In this document: piece after piece, positions 1-9,243 of the stretch | How the letters are laid out: the number at the start of each line of letters is the position of its first letter | How positions within the stretch are numbered: position 1 is the first letter of the stretch | Assembly: GCF_000828475.1 (NCBI RefSeq) | Contig: NZ_AP014648.1 | Location: forward strand, 1,955,400-1,995,399 | Direction of reading: 5' to 3' | DNA length: 40,000 bases | DNA from: Methyloceanibacter caenitepidi | Lineage (GTDB): Bacteria > Pseudomonadota > Alphaproteobacteria > Rhizobiales > Methyloligellaceae | The notes under the pieces: generated by a model | What the model saw: the letters and a program-made list of their open reading frames with translations, nothing else | Told to the model about the DNA's origin: nothing | The model's database searches: none | Position numbers and translations under genes: made by a program

Positions 1-1507
1 TGCGCTGGCTCTCGCCGCCGGAGAGCGTGCCGGAGGCGCGGGCGAGAGTCAGATATTCGAGACCGACGTCGTCGAGGAATTTCAGCCGCTCGCGGATCTC
101 TTTCAGGATGCGTTCGGCGATTTCGTTTTGCTTATCGGTCAGTTCGCCGGGCAGGGCGTCGAACCATTCCTTGGCTTCGCGGATGGAGAAATCCGACACT
201 TCGCCGATATGGAGCCCGGCGATCTTCACCGCGAGCGCCTGCGGCTTCAGGCGGTAGCCGAGACAGGCCTCGCATGGCTGGTCGGACTGATAGCGCTCCA
301 GCTCCTCGCGCACCCAGTTGGATTCGGTCTCGCGCCAGCGCCGCTCGATATTGGTGATCACCCCTTCGAAGGGCTTCTCGGTCGTGTAGCGGCGCACGCC
401 GTCGTCATAGGTGAACGCGACCTCGTCGATGGAGCCGTAGAGCACGATCTCGCGGAAGTCTTCGGGGAGGTCCTTCCACGGCTTCGTCATGGGCTGCTTG
501 TAGTGCTTGGCGACGGCCTCCAGCGTCTGCTGGTAATAGGGCGAGGTGGCGGACGTGCGCGTCCAGGGCGCGATGGCGCCGCGGTTCAGCGACAGGGAAT
601 CGTCCGGCACGACGAGGTCCGGCTCGAAGAACAACTCCGTACCAAGCCCGTCGCATTCGGGACAGGCGCCGTAAGGGTTGTTGAACGAGAAGAGGCGCGG
701 TTCGATCTCCTCGATGGTGAAGCCCGAGACGGGGCAGGCGAACTTCGCCGAGAAGATGATGCGCTTGTCCTCGCCAGGCCCGCGCTCGTCGGCGAACTCG
801 GCAATGGCGATGCCGTCGGAAAGCGACAGCGCGGTCTCGAGCGAGTCCGCGAGCCGTGCAGACATATCGGACCGTACCACGACCCGGTCCACCACCACGT
901 CGATGTCGTGCTTCAGCTTCTTGTCGAGCTTCGGCGCCTCGGAAATCTCGTGGAACGCGTTGTCGATCTTGACCCGCTGGAAGCCTTTCTTCTGCAGCTC
1001 GGCCAGTTCTTTGCGGTACTCGCCCTTGCGGCCGCGCGCGATCGGCGCCAGCAGATAGAGCCGCGTGCCTTCGGGCAGCGCCAGCACCCGGTCGACCATC
1101 TGGCTCACGGTCTGGCTCTCGATGGGCAGACCCGTGGCGGGCGAATAGGGGATGCCGACCCGCGCCCAGAGCAGGCGCATATAGTCGTAGATCTCCGTCA
1201 CCGTGCCCACGGTCGAGCGCGGGTTCTTGGAGGTCGTCTTCTGCTCGATGGAGATCGCCGGCGACAGACCCTCGATATGGTCCACGTCCGGCTTCTGCAT
1301 CATGTCCAGGAACTGGCGCGCGTAAGCCGACAGGCTCTCCACGTAGCGCCGCTGCCCCTCGGCATAGATCGTGTCGAAGGCGAGCGAAGACTTGCCGGAG
1401 CCGGAGAGGCCCGTGATGACTACGAGTTTTTCGCGCGGCAGGTCGAGGGACACGTTCTCGAGATTGTGTTCCCGGGCGCCGCGAATGGAGATGGATTTTG
1501 CCGTCAT
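1..1507 (-). CDS. uvrA: Excinuclease ABC subunit A (UvrA), N-terminal ~502 codons; gene continues beyond the left window edge
   Basis: Absent from the ORF track because it has no stop in the window. Minus-strand translation from ATG at 1507-1505 reads [66 protein letters not shown] (Walker A GLSGSGKS). It contains [34 protein letters not shown] and ends at the edge in [10 protein letters not shown] (ABC signature). Confidence 0.95.
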   Translation of the reverse strand, partial: MTAKSISIRGAREHNLENVSLDLPREKLVVITGLSGSGKSSLAFDTIYAEGQRRYVESLSAYARQFLDMMQKPDVDHIEGLSPAISIEQKTTSKNPRSTVGTVTEIYDYMRLLWARVGIPYSPATGLPIESQTVSQMVDRVLALPEGTRLYLLAPIARGRKGEYRKELAELQKKGFQRVKIDNAFHEISEAPKLDKKLKHDIDVVVDRVVVRSDMSARLADSLETALSLSDGIAIAEFADERGPGEDKRIIFSAKFACPVSGFTIEEIEPRLFSFNNPYGACPECDGLGTELFFEPDLVVPDDSLSLNRGAIAPWTRTSATSPYYQQTLEAVAKHYKQPMTKPWKDLPEDFREIVLYGSIDEVAFTYDDGVRRYTTEKPFEGVITNIERRWRETESNWVREELERYQSDQPCEACLGYRLKPQALAVKIAGLHIGEVSDFSIREAKEWFDALPGELTDKQNEIAERILKEIRERLKFLDDVGLEYLTLARASGTLSGGESQR

Positions 1508-1589
1508 ACTGCGGGGTAATGTCGGGGGATGCGGCCCCGCACGCAAGGCATAAGAGGCCGCAGGCGGGCGTTGTCCGGGCCATTTTTCA

Positions 1590-3161
1590 TCAGGACAGCA
1601 GCGCCAGCTTCTTCAGGCGCGAGCGGATCGCGCCCGGTTTCCGCCCCAGGATTTCGGCAATTGCGGTCGGGCTTTCGCCCACATGGTGCAGGCGGCGCAG
1701 TTCCTGCTCCTCCGCCTCGGTCCAGGGGGCATAGGCCTTGCCGTGGGTTTGGCGCAGGGTGGCGACGTCGTAGCTCTTCCCGGCCGCATCGGCCGCGCTC
1801 CCCGCATGCGCTTCCATGAAGGCCTGCTGCCGCAGATCGAGCTCTTTCGGCCCCAGACGCTCCATGGCTTGAAGCGCGTCCTCCGACGCACTGCGGAACT
1901 CGGCGTCCTTCTCGATGGCCTGCGGGTGGACCTGCAGCGCGCGCTCGTTGAGCCCCAGCAGCTGCAGCCCTTTGAGGCTGCGCAGGCGGGAGAGGGCGAC
2001 ATAGCCCTGTCCGAACTCGAAGGCCTTTGACAGATCGATCACGGCGGCATCCAGCGACATGCCCTGGCTCTTGTGGACGGTGATGGCCCATGCCAGCCGC
2101 AAGGGGTGCTGGGTGATGCTGGCCCGTTCCGAGCCGCCTTCCTCGATCTTCCAGGTGACGGGCTCGGTGACGATGCGCTTGCCGGCTTTGGTGCGCACGA
2201 CCGGGTTGCCGGTTTCGGCGTCGAAGTCCTCGACCAGCCCCAGCGTGCCGTTGACGTAGCGTCCGGCCGGATCGTTCTTGGTGAACATCACAACGGCCCC
2301 CAGTTTCAGGGCCAGCGTCTCCGGCGACAGGCACCCCCGCTTGAGGGCGTCGATGGCGAATTGAGCGCCTTTGCCAGTCATGGGGAAGATATGCGGTTCA
2401 CCCTCGAGCTTCGCGAGCTGCTGCCGGTTGATGTCGTCCACGGCGGCGTTGTGCGTGAAGAGCCGCGTCCGCGTGGGCGGCAGCGTATCGTGTGCGACGA
2501 TGCGCGCGGCGAGACGCTCGCGGTGAACATCGGTGCAGGCGTTGGCACGGATCGCATCGAGAATATCGAGGAAGGGGCGATCTTCCTGGCGATGCTGTTC
2601 GGACAGATAGCAGACGGTGGGATCGAGATCGCGCCAAGCGGCGGAGCCGTGGGCAAAACTCGCGTCTGCCTCGTCTTCGTCGCCGCCGAATTGCAGCATG
2701 CCGTCGTCGGACTGCCGGCGCACGACCGGCGGCAGCTGAAAGAAATCGCCGACCAGCACGACCTGAAGGCCGCCGAACGGGGCGTTCGTCGCCCGCACAT
2801 GGCGGCAGACCGTGTCCGCCAAGGTCAAGGTCCGGGCGGGCAGCATGGACACTTCATCGATGACGAGGACTTTGGTCTTTTCGATGCGTCCGGCGAGGCG
2901 GCGGTTGCCGGCGATAGTGTCCAAGTCGCGCCGGGAGAGGGCGCTTTTGACGCCGACGCCGCTCCAGGCATGGATGGTGACCCCATGGCCGTGCGTGGCG
3001 GCGATTCCCGTCGAGGCTGTGTAGGCATAGGGGATGCCCGCCTCGGCCAGGTCCTCCAGGTAGCGGTTCACCGTGTGGGTCTTGCCGCTGCCCGGCCGGC
3101 CCGTGAGGAAGACGCTGGCGCCGGTCTTGAGCAGCTCCAGGGCCTCGTCTTGCGTCATCAC
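1590..3161 (-). CDS. Pif1/RecD-like SF1B DNA helicase with C-terminal helix-turn-helix-like extension
   Basis: 523-aa ORF. Motifs: Walker A GRPGSGKT, Walker [19 protein letters not shown] and [13 protein letters not shown]-terminal [41 protein letters not shown] looks like an HTH. AGGAGA lies 5 nt upstream of the ATG. Confidence 0.85.
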   Translation of the reverse strand: MMTQDEALELLKTGASVFLTGRPGSGKTHTVNRYLEDLAEAGIPYAYTASTGIAATHGHGVTIHAWSGVGVKSALSRRDLDTIAGNRRLAGRIEKTKVLVIDEVSMLPARTLTLADTVCRHVRATNAPFGGLQVVLVGDFFQLPPVVRRQSDDGMLQFGGDEDEADASFAHGSAAWRDLDPTVCYLSEQHRQEDRPFLDILDAIRANACTDVHRERLAARIVAHDTLPPTRTRLFTHNAAVDDINRQQLAKLEGEPHIFPMTGKGAQFAIDALKRGCLSPETLALKLGAVVMFTKNDPAGRYVNGTLGLVEDFDAETGNPVVRTKAGKRIVTEPVTWKIEEGGSERASITQHPLRLAWAITVHKSQGMSLDAAVIDLSKAFEFGQGYVALSRLRSLKGLQLLGLNERALQVHPQAIEKDAEFRSASEDALQAMERLGPKELDLRQQAFMEAHAGSAADAAGKSYDVATLRQTHGKAYAPWTEAEEQELRRLHHVGESPTAIAEILGRKPGAIRSRLKKLALLS

Positions 3162-3262
3162 TGTCTCCTATCGCGCGCACTCTCCGAACTGGAGATGGCG
3201 GGGAATGAGTTGTACCCATTCAAACGACATCAAGGTCCGATTCGCGAGCGCTAACAAAAACC

Positions 3263-3823
3263 ATGACCATGACCCGCACCCAGTATGTCATTGCCGCCGG
3301 TCTGATCGTGGCGACCGCACTCGTGCTTTACGCCATGGGCCATCCATGGATCTGCAAATGCGGCACCGTGAAGCTCTGGCACTTCCAGGTGGTGAGCTCG
3401 GAGAACTCCCAGCACATCTTCGACTGGTATACGCCTTCGCACATCATCCACGGCTTCCTGTTCTACTTCCTGTTCTGGCTGATCGCGCCGCGGGCCTCGT
3501 TGGGCACGCGGCTGCTTCTCGCCATCGGCGTGGAAGCCACGTGGGAGGTCGTGGAGAACACGGACTACGTCATCGATCGCTATCGCGAGGCCACGGTGGC
3601 GCTCGACTATTACGGCGACAGCGTCCTCAACTCGGTGAGCGACATCCTGTTCATGGTCTTGGGCTTTGTGCTCGCAGCCCGGCTGCCGGTGTGGCTCACC
3701 GTGACCATCGCCATCGGCTTCGAGGTCTTCACCGGGATCATGATCCGCGACGGCCTCGCTCTCAACGTGCTGATGCTGTTGTGGCCGAGCGAGACGGTGC
3801 TGCGATGGCAGAATAGCCGGTGA
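3263..3823 (+). CDS. UPF0314/DUF2585 family inner-membrane protein
   Basis: 186-aa ORF with several hydrophobic helices. The motifs ENSQHIFDWYTPSHIIHGFLFY and DYYGDSVLNSVSDILFMVLGFVLAARLP match my memory of rhizobial UPF0314 proteins. Confidence 0.8.
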   Translation: MTMTRTQYVIAAGLIVATALVLYAMGHPWICKCGTVKLWHFQVVSSENSQHIFDWYTPSHIIHGFLFYFLFWLIAPRASLGTRLLLAIGVEATWEVVENTDYVIDRYREATVALDYYGDSVLNSVSDILFMVLGFVLAARLPVWLTVTIAIGFEVFTGIMIRDGLALNVLMLLWPSETVLRWQNSR

Positions 3824-3931
3824 GTTCAGGCGCGTGTCATGGTTCGAGGCCCAGCCAGCATCCTGCGGCGCGAGGGCGATAGCCCGAGCCTCGAAGGACC
3901 GGTGGGCACCTCACCATGACGGATGCTGCTG

Positions 3932-4543
3932 CTAGAGCGGAACCCGGATCCCGAACACCATGATCAGGATGAGCCAGACATAGGCGATGACGGTCGGGTA
4001 GAACGTCACGCCAAAGCCGAAGGCCCGGAGGTACGGGTTCTTGTGGTAGCCGACCCAGAACAGTATGCGGCCGAGCACGAACAAGCCCGTCAAGATCGGC
4101 AGCGTGCGCGCCTCCTCGATGGGGCAGTACATCGCCAGCCCGGCGTTGGCGATGAAGTAGGCCGTGAACTGCTCAAACGTGTTGAGGATGAATTTCGTGT
4201 TGATCTCGACCGGCGAGTTCGGCTTCGGCGTCGAGCCGACGAACATGGAGGGGTCGAGCCGCTGCGCCGCAACGATGCAAATACCAAGGACGCCGGGAAG
4301 GATCGCTACCACGGCGTCCTTGATGACAAGGGCGAGCCGGTCGGCGATGCCCCATGCTTCGGGCGTCCAATCCCAAAACGTCTTGCCGGCCGCAAAGACG
4401 GCCGCTGAAAACAGCCAGTTACCAACCAGCGTGGCGATGAAGGGCCACTGCATGGCGGTGAAGCCGAAATACTTGACCCGTGGGTCGCGCCGCTTGCCCT
4501 TACGGCGCGTGGATGTCTGTCCCTGGCGGACCTGCCGCTGCAT
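3932..4543 (-). CDS. MAPEG-family membrane protein (start uncertain; alternative ATG at 4453)
   Basis: 203-aa ORF with about four hydrophobic segments and MAPEG-like size and topology. High GC3 persists through the basic N-terminal 30 codons, so the long form is kept. No strong SD at either start. Confidence 0.65.
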   Translation of the reverse strand: MQRQVRQGQTSTRRKGKRRDPRVKYFGFTAMQWPFIATLVGNWLFSAAVFAAGKTFWDWTPEAWGIADRLALVIKDAVVAILPGVLGICIVAAQRLDPSMFVGSTPKPNSPVEINTKFILNTFEQFTAYFIANAGLAMYCPIEEARTLPILTGLFVLGRILFWVGYHKNPYLRAFGFGVTFYPTVIAYVWLILIMVFGIRVPL

Positions 4544-4677
4544 CGTTCTTGCTTTTCCTGGATCTGGGGCAGGCGCCCTCGGAGGATGAAGTGCGCTGCC
4601 AAATATTCTCTGTCGTTTTGTTTAGCCATAGGGCGCACGCCAGGGAATAACAAGAGGGCAACATGGTAGACGATTGA

Positions 4678-4692
4678 GAACAAAACAGGTAC
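4678..4692. promoter_or_regulatory. Candidate alphaproteobacterial SOS (LexA) box with one mismatch: GAAC-N7-GTAC
   Basis: GAACAAAACAGGTAC lies about 175 nt upstream of the ssb ATG. The alphaproteobacterial LexA consensus is the direct repeat GAAC-N7-GAAC (GTTC-N7-GTTC). One position deviates. Confidence 0.3.
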
Positions 4693-4865
4693 ATTCGACC
4701 TGCATTGCCGTCGTCCCCCAGGTTGTGGACAGGGAGGAAAGGCGGGCGATGCGTCCTGGCACGCGGGTGCTCATGCGCCTATCGTGCCGGATTGGCCGTC
4801 GCGGGCTCGAAGCTCGCGCGGACCGGGATTATTTACAGCGGCTCGTATGCGGGGAGGTCGGAAAC

Positions 4866-5339
4866 ATGGCCGGATCGGTCAACAAAGTCATTCTCATCGG
4901 AAACCTCGGTGCCGACCCCGAAGTGCGCCACACTCAGGACGGCCGTCCCATCGTCAATCTGCGCCTGGCGACGACCGAGAGCTGGCGCGACAAGAACTCG
5001 GGCGAGCGCCGCGAGAAAACCGAGTGGCACCGGGTGGTGATCTTCTCCGAAGGGCTTGCGCGGGTCGCCGAGCAATATCTGCGCAAAGGCTCGAAAGTGT
5101 ATGTCGAGGGATCGTTGCAGACCCGCAAATGGGAAGATCAGTCCGGCCAGGAACGCTACACCACCGAGGTCGTTCTGCAGGGCTTCAATTCGACGCTCAC
5201 CATGCTGGACGGACGCCAGCAGGGTGGGGGCATGAGCGAAGGCGAAGGCGGCGGCGGTGGCGGCGATTTCGGCCGCACCAAGCCTCTCAGTGGCGGCGGC
5301 TCGTTCAACAAGGAACTGGACGACGAGATCCCGTTCTAG
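4866..5339 (+). CDS. ssb: Single-stranded DNA-binding protein
   Basis: [21 protein letters not shown]...[10 protein letters not shown]-fold N-terminus, Gly-rich linker and acidic tail DDEIPF. GGAGG SD upstream of the ATG at 4866. The ORF-track start at 4674 is over-extended. Confidence 0.95.
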   Translation: MAGSVNKVILIGNLGADPEVRHTQDGRPIVNLRLATTESWRDKNSGERREKTEWHRVVIFSEGLARVAEQYLRKGSKVYVEGSLQTRKWEDQSGQERYTTEVVLQGFNSTLTMLDGRQQGGGMSEGEGGGGGGDFGRTKPLSGGGSFNKELDDEIPF

Positions 5340-5447
5340 ATCTTGGGCGCGTTTCCCCGGGCGCGGCTCCCAAATAAGCGCGAGCGTCGTGGCGCGGGGC
5401 GCCGCGTGACGTAAGCCACGCCGGCGCTGCAGCCACGATCGCGGGGC

Positions 5448-5936
5448 TTAGGCGTCGCCGGACGACTCGACGCCGGAGACGTATTTGGAGCTGAACGTTT
5501 CCTCGCCCAGACGATCCAGCAGGCTCAATTGCAGCTCGAGCCAGCTCTTGTGGCCTTCCTCTTCCAGGACGATTTTTTCGAACAGCGTCCTCGTGCCGAC
5601 ATCGGACTGTTCGCCGGCCTGCATGGCGGCCTCGGTGTAGAACGCGATCGCCTCTTCTTCGTCGGCGAGATCGGCTTTGAACATCTCCTCCAGGGATTTC
5701 GCCTTGACCGGCTTCTTGTAGAACGTGAGTTCCGGCTCGCCGTTCAGGAAGATGATGCGGTCCATGTATTCGTTGGAGTGACCCAGCTCTTCCGTCATCT
5801 CCTCGCGCATCTGCGCCGCCAGCTTGTCCAGTCCCCAGTCGTCCAGCGTATGGGCGTGAAGCTGGTACTGGTGCATCGCCGACACTTCCATCGACAGCGC
5901 CTTCTGCAGGTTCTTCATGGTCGTTTCGTTGCTCAT
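5448..5936 (-). CDS. bfr: Bacterioferritin-like ferritin-fold protein (ferroxidase ligands present, Met52 equivalent is Leu)
   Basis: 162 aa. Aligns by eye to E. coli Bfr: E18 (MEVSA), E51/H54 (EELGH), E94 (DEEEA) and E127/H130 (EEEGH) are conserved. The position of heme ligand M52 is L. Confidence 0.85.
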   Translation of the reverse strand: MSNETTMKNLQKALSMEVSAMHQYQLHAHTLDDWGLDKLAAQMREEMTEELGHSNEYMDRIIFLNGEPELTFYKKPVKAKSLEEMFKADLADEEEAIAFYTEAAMQAGEQSDVGTRTLFEKIVLEEEGHKSWLELQLSLLDRLGEETFSSKYVSGVESSGDA

Positions 5937-6332
5937 CGTGTCATGTTCCTTTTCGTCAGGGCCTCGATCGGGGCGCCATGATCCCCGGCGCCAGTTTCTG
6001 GAAGGTCAATATCCGAACGGTCGAGACCGGTTGAAATTCCTGTCTTGGTTGGTCCCAAACGAACCAGATCCTTCAGATGGGATCTTGATCGCGGTCTTCA
6101 ATGCGACTGGAAAGCGCGCTCACGGGGCGGCGGACGTCCGGGAGCATGCTCCAACAAGGAGCCGATTCGGATATCCGCTTTCCCCTTGGAGCCCCCATGA
6201 AGCGGCTGCCGACGGCGTCTCAAATCGCGCTTGCGCAGCGCCGAATCCACCGGCCCTATTTGCCGCACCAAGTGCTTTGGCAAGTATCTGTAATTGCAGG
6301 GTAAAATACTGCCAATAAGAGGCCGTTGGCGG

Positions 6333-6361
6333 TTGCAGAATCGTAGCGAAATCAGCTATAG
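6333..6361 (+). promoter_or_regulatory. Candidate sigma-70 promoter for gyrA (TTGCAG-N17-CTATAG)
   Basis: TTGCAG at 6333-6338 and CTATAG at 6356-6361 with a 17-nt spacer, in a locally AT-richer stretch about 100 nt upstream of the gyrA start. Resembles the CTTGAC-N17-CTATAT consensus reported for rhizobia. Not validated. Confidence 0.25.
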
Positions 6362-6460
6362 AAACAGCTTCTCGAACGCATCCTAAGAACCCCGCGCGGC
6401 TAGAGCATCGGCGCGCTTGGGAGTGCGTTCTCCGACCGATTTTAGAAGGCATTTCCGTCC

Positions 6461-9226
6461 TTGGCTGACGAAGAAGACGAAGGCGTCGAGGGACCATCCT
6501 CCTCCGATATCCGGCCGATTTCGCTCATCGATGAGATGAAGCGCTCCTATCTCGATTACGCCATGAGCGTGATTGTGTCGCGTGCGCTGCCCGATGCGCG
6601 TGACGGCCTGAAGCCCGTGCACCGCCGCATCCTGTATTCGATGCGCGAGAACAACTACACGCCGGACCGGCCGTACAACAAATGCGCGCGCGTCACCGGC
6701 GACACGATGGGTAAGTACCACCCGCACGGCAACCAAGCGATCTACGACGCGCTGGTGCGGCTTGCGCAGGACTTCTCAATGCGGCTGCCGCTGCTCGACG
6801 GGCAGGGGAATTTCGGCTCCATCGACGGCGATCCTCCGGCGGCGGAGCGTTATACCGAGGTGCGGCTGGCCAAGCCCGCCATGGCGCTGCTCGACGACCT
6901 GGAAAACGACACGGTCGACTTCCAGCCCAACTACGACGGGCGCGAGAGCGAGCCGGTCGTTCTGCCGGCCAAGTTCCCGAATCTGCTCGTCAACGGTGCC
7001 GGCGGCATCGCCGTCGGCATGGCCACCAATATCCCGCCGCACAATCTCGGCGAGGTTTGCGACGCCTGTATCGCCTATTTGGACAATCCGGCCATCGAGA
7101 TCGACGAACTGATCGACATTATTCCGGGTCCGGACTTTCCGACCGGCGGGCTCATCCTCGGGCGCCAAGGCATACGCTCGGCCTATCACAAGGGCCGCGG
7201 CTCCGTGATCATGCGCGGACGCGTGCACGTGGAGGAAGTCCGGAAGGACCGCGAAGCGCTCATCGTCAGCGAGATTCCCTATCAGGTGAACAAGGCGTCG
7301 ATGGTCGAGAAGATCGCCGAGCTCGTCCGCGACAAGAAGATCGAGGGCATATCCGACATTCGCGACGAGAGCGACCGTCAAGGCATGCGGGTCGTCATCG
7401 AGCTGAAGCGCGAGGCCATGGCCGACGTGGTGCGCAATCAGTTGTACCGCTTCTCGCCGCTCCAGAGCACGTTCGGCTGCAACATGGTGGCGCTGAACGG
7501 CGGCCGCCCCGAGGTGCTCAATCTCAAGGACTTGATCCGGGCTTTCACCGACTTCCGCGAGGAGGTCGTCGGCCGGCGCATCAAACACCTGCTCAAGAAG
7601 GCCCGCGACCGCGCCCACGTCCTCGTCGGCCTGGCCATCGCCGTGGCCAATATCGACGAGGTCATCGCGGTGATCCGGAAGGCGCCGGATCCTTCCTCGG
7701 CGCGCGCGCAGTTGATGGAGCGGGATTGGCCGGCCAAGGACGTCGCCCCGCTCGTGGAGCTGATCGCCGATCCTCGCCACAAGGTCTCGGCGCAAGGCAC
7801 CTACAAGCTGTCCGAAGAGCAGGCGAAGGCCATTCTCGATCTTCGGCTGCAGCGGCTCACGGCGCTCGGGCGCGACGAGATCGGCGACGAGCTGAAAGGG
7901 CTCGGCACGCAGATCGCCGAGTATCTGGAGATCCTGCGGTCGCGCTCCCGCATCGTCGATATCGTCAAGAGCGAACTGAACGAGCTCAAGGAGCAGTTCG
8001 GCACGCCGCGTCGCACCGAGATTACGGAGATGATGGGCGAGGTCGAGGACGAGGACCTCATTCAGCGCGAGGACATGGTCGTGACCGTGTCCCACAAGGG
8101 CTACATCAAGCGCGTCCCGCTCACCGCCTACCGCGCGCAGCGCCGGGGCGGCAAGGGGCGCGCCGGCATGGCGACGCGCGACGAGGATTTCGTCAGCCGT
8201 CTGTTCGTCGCCAACACGCACACGCCCGTCCTGTTCTTCTCCTCGCGCGGCATGGTCTACAAGATGAAGGTCTGGCGTTTGCCGGCAGCGGCGCCTCAGG
8301 CGCGCGGCAAGGCCCTCATCAATCTGCTGCCGCTGGGCAAGGACGAGATCATCACCACGATCCTGCCGCTTCCCGAAGACGAAGCGTCCTGGGAAAAGCT
8401 CGACGTGATGTTCGCCACGAACGACGGCGGGGTCCGCCGCAACAAGCTCTCCGATTTCATCGAGGTCCGCCAGAACGGCAAGATCGCCATGAAGCTGGAG
8501 GAGGGCGACCGCATCGTCGGCGTCGAGGTCTGCAACGAGCGGCAGGACGTGCTGCTCACGTCGGCCGACGGCCAAGCCATTCGCTTCCCCGTGAGCGATG
8601 TCCGCGTGTTCAAGGGCCGGCAATCGTCCGGTGTCCGGGGCATCAATCTCGGCAAGGGCGACGAAGTCATCTCCATGGCCATCCTGACCCATGTGGACGC
8701 CGACGCGGCCGAGCGCGCCGCCTATGTCCGCCAGGCCAACATGGTGCGCCGAGGCGGCGAGCAGGAGCCGGATATCGAGCAGGAGACCGAAGGCGCCGAG
8801 CCCGTGGCGATCAGCCCCGAGCGCTACGCCGAGCTCAGCGCCCACGAGCAGATGGTGCTGACGATCTCCGAGAACGGCTACGGCAAGCGGTCCAGCGCGT
8901 ACGAGTACCGGGTGTCGGGCCGTGGCGGTAAGGGCATCATCGGCATGATCGTGAACGAGCGGAACGGCAAGCTCGTCGCGTCGTTCCCGGCCGATGACAG
9001 CGACCAGCTGATGCTCGTGACCGATCGCGGCCAGCTGATCCGCGTTCCCGTGGACGGCATTTCGGTTGTCGGACGGTCGACCCAAGGCGTCATCGTCTTC
9101 GATACGGCCGCGGACGAGCGTGTCGTCTCCGTCGAGCATATTCCGGACGAAGCCGGCAACGGCGACGAGAACGGCGATGGCGATGCTGACGTGGCGCCCG
9201 AGCCGGACGGCGGGGAGACCGGCTAA
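6461..9226 (+). CDS. gyrA: DNA gyrase subunit A
   Basis: 921 aa. Motifs: [19 protein letters not shown] (QRDR) and the catalytic Tyr context [10 protein letters not shown]. Repeated beta-pinwheel C-terminal domain and an acidic tail. TTG start at 6461 with GAAGG upstream. Confidence 0.97.
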   Translation: MADEEDEGVEGPSSSDIRPISLIDEMKRSYLDYAMSVIVSRALPDARDGLKPVHRRILYSMRENNYTPDRPYNKCARVTGDTMGKYHPHGNQAIYDALVRLAQDFSMRLPLLDGQGNFGSIDGDPPAAERYTEVRLAKPAMALLDDLENDTVDFQPNYDGRESEPVVLPAKFPNLLVNGAGGIAVGMATNIPPHNLGEVCDACIAYLDNPAIEIDELIDIIPGPDFPTGGLILGRQGIRSAYHKGRGSVIMRGRVHVEEVRKDREALIVSEIPYQVNKASMVEKIAELVRDKKIEGISDIRDESDRQGMRVVIELKREAMADVVRNQLYRFSPLQSTFGCNMVALNGGRPEVLNLKDLIRAFTDFREEVVGRRIKHLLKKARDRAHVLVGLAIAVANIDEVIAVIRKAPDPSSARAQLMERDWPAKDVAPLVELIADPRHKVSAQGTYKLSEEQAKAILDLRLQRLTALGRDEIGDELKGLGTQIAEYLEILRSRSRIVDIVKSELNELKEQFGTPRRTEITEMMGEVEDEDLIQREDMVVTVSHKGYIKRVPLTAYRAQRRGGKGRAGMATRDEDFVSRLFVANTHTPVLFFSSRGMVYKMKVWRLPAAAPQARGKALINLLPLGKDEIITTILPLPEDEASWEKLDVMFATNDGGVRRNKLSDFIEVRQNGKIAMKLEEGDRIVGVEVCNERQDVLLTSADGQAIRFPVSDVRVFKGRQSSGVRGINLGKGDEVISMAILTHVDADAAERAAYVRQANMVRRGGEQEPDIEQETEGAEPVAISPERYAELSAHEQMVLTISENGYGKRSSAYEYRVSGRGGKGIIGMIVNERNGKLVASFPADDSDQLMLVTDRGQLIRVPVDGISVVGRSTQGVIVFDTAADERVVSVEHIPDEAGNGDENGDGDADVAPEPDGGETG

Positions 9227-9243
9227 GGGTTCAGCCCAGTGGG

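Noticed and set aside
640-750. UvrA zinc module reads CPVSG instead of CPxCG (second Cys replaced by Ser)
   Set aside because: As far as I recall, this CPVSGF variant is common in alphaproteobacterial UvrA, so it is probably a lineage trait rather than an anomaly. I did not verify this.
128-1519. 463-aa plus-strand ORF, together with the 392-aa minus-strand ORF at 405-1583
   Set aside because: Both overlap uvrA. Their translations are Arg/Gly/Ala/Leu-rich low complexity typical of off-frame or antisense reading of high-GC genes. The third minus-strand frame gives unmistakable UvrA motifs.
6045-6056. 12-mer TTGGTTGGTCCC shared with 20282-20293
   Set aside because: Exact 12-mer repeats are expected by chance many times in a 40-kb window, and the flanking sequence shows no extended similarity.
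6278-6298. Sigma-54-like TGGCA ... TTGCA upstream of gyrA
   Set aside because: The GG-to-GC distance is 17 nt instead of the required 12, so this is not a -24/-12 promoter.
6441-6447. TTTAGAA, the left half of the Bradyrhizobium Irr iron-control element (TTTAGAA-N3-TTCTAAA), in the bfr-gyrA spacer
   Set aside because: The right half-site is absent (ATTTCCG). The sequence sits at the gyrA ribosome-binding region, about 500 bp from bfr, so it is most likely coincidental.
6776-9139. 787-aa minus-strand ORF, together with the 624-aa plus-strand off-frame ORF at 7057-8931
   Set aside because: These are antisense or off-frame shadows of gyrA. They have no motifs and an extreme Arg/Asp/Gly/Ala bias.
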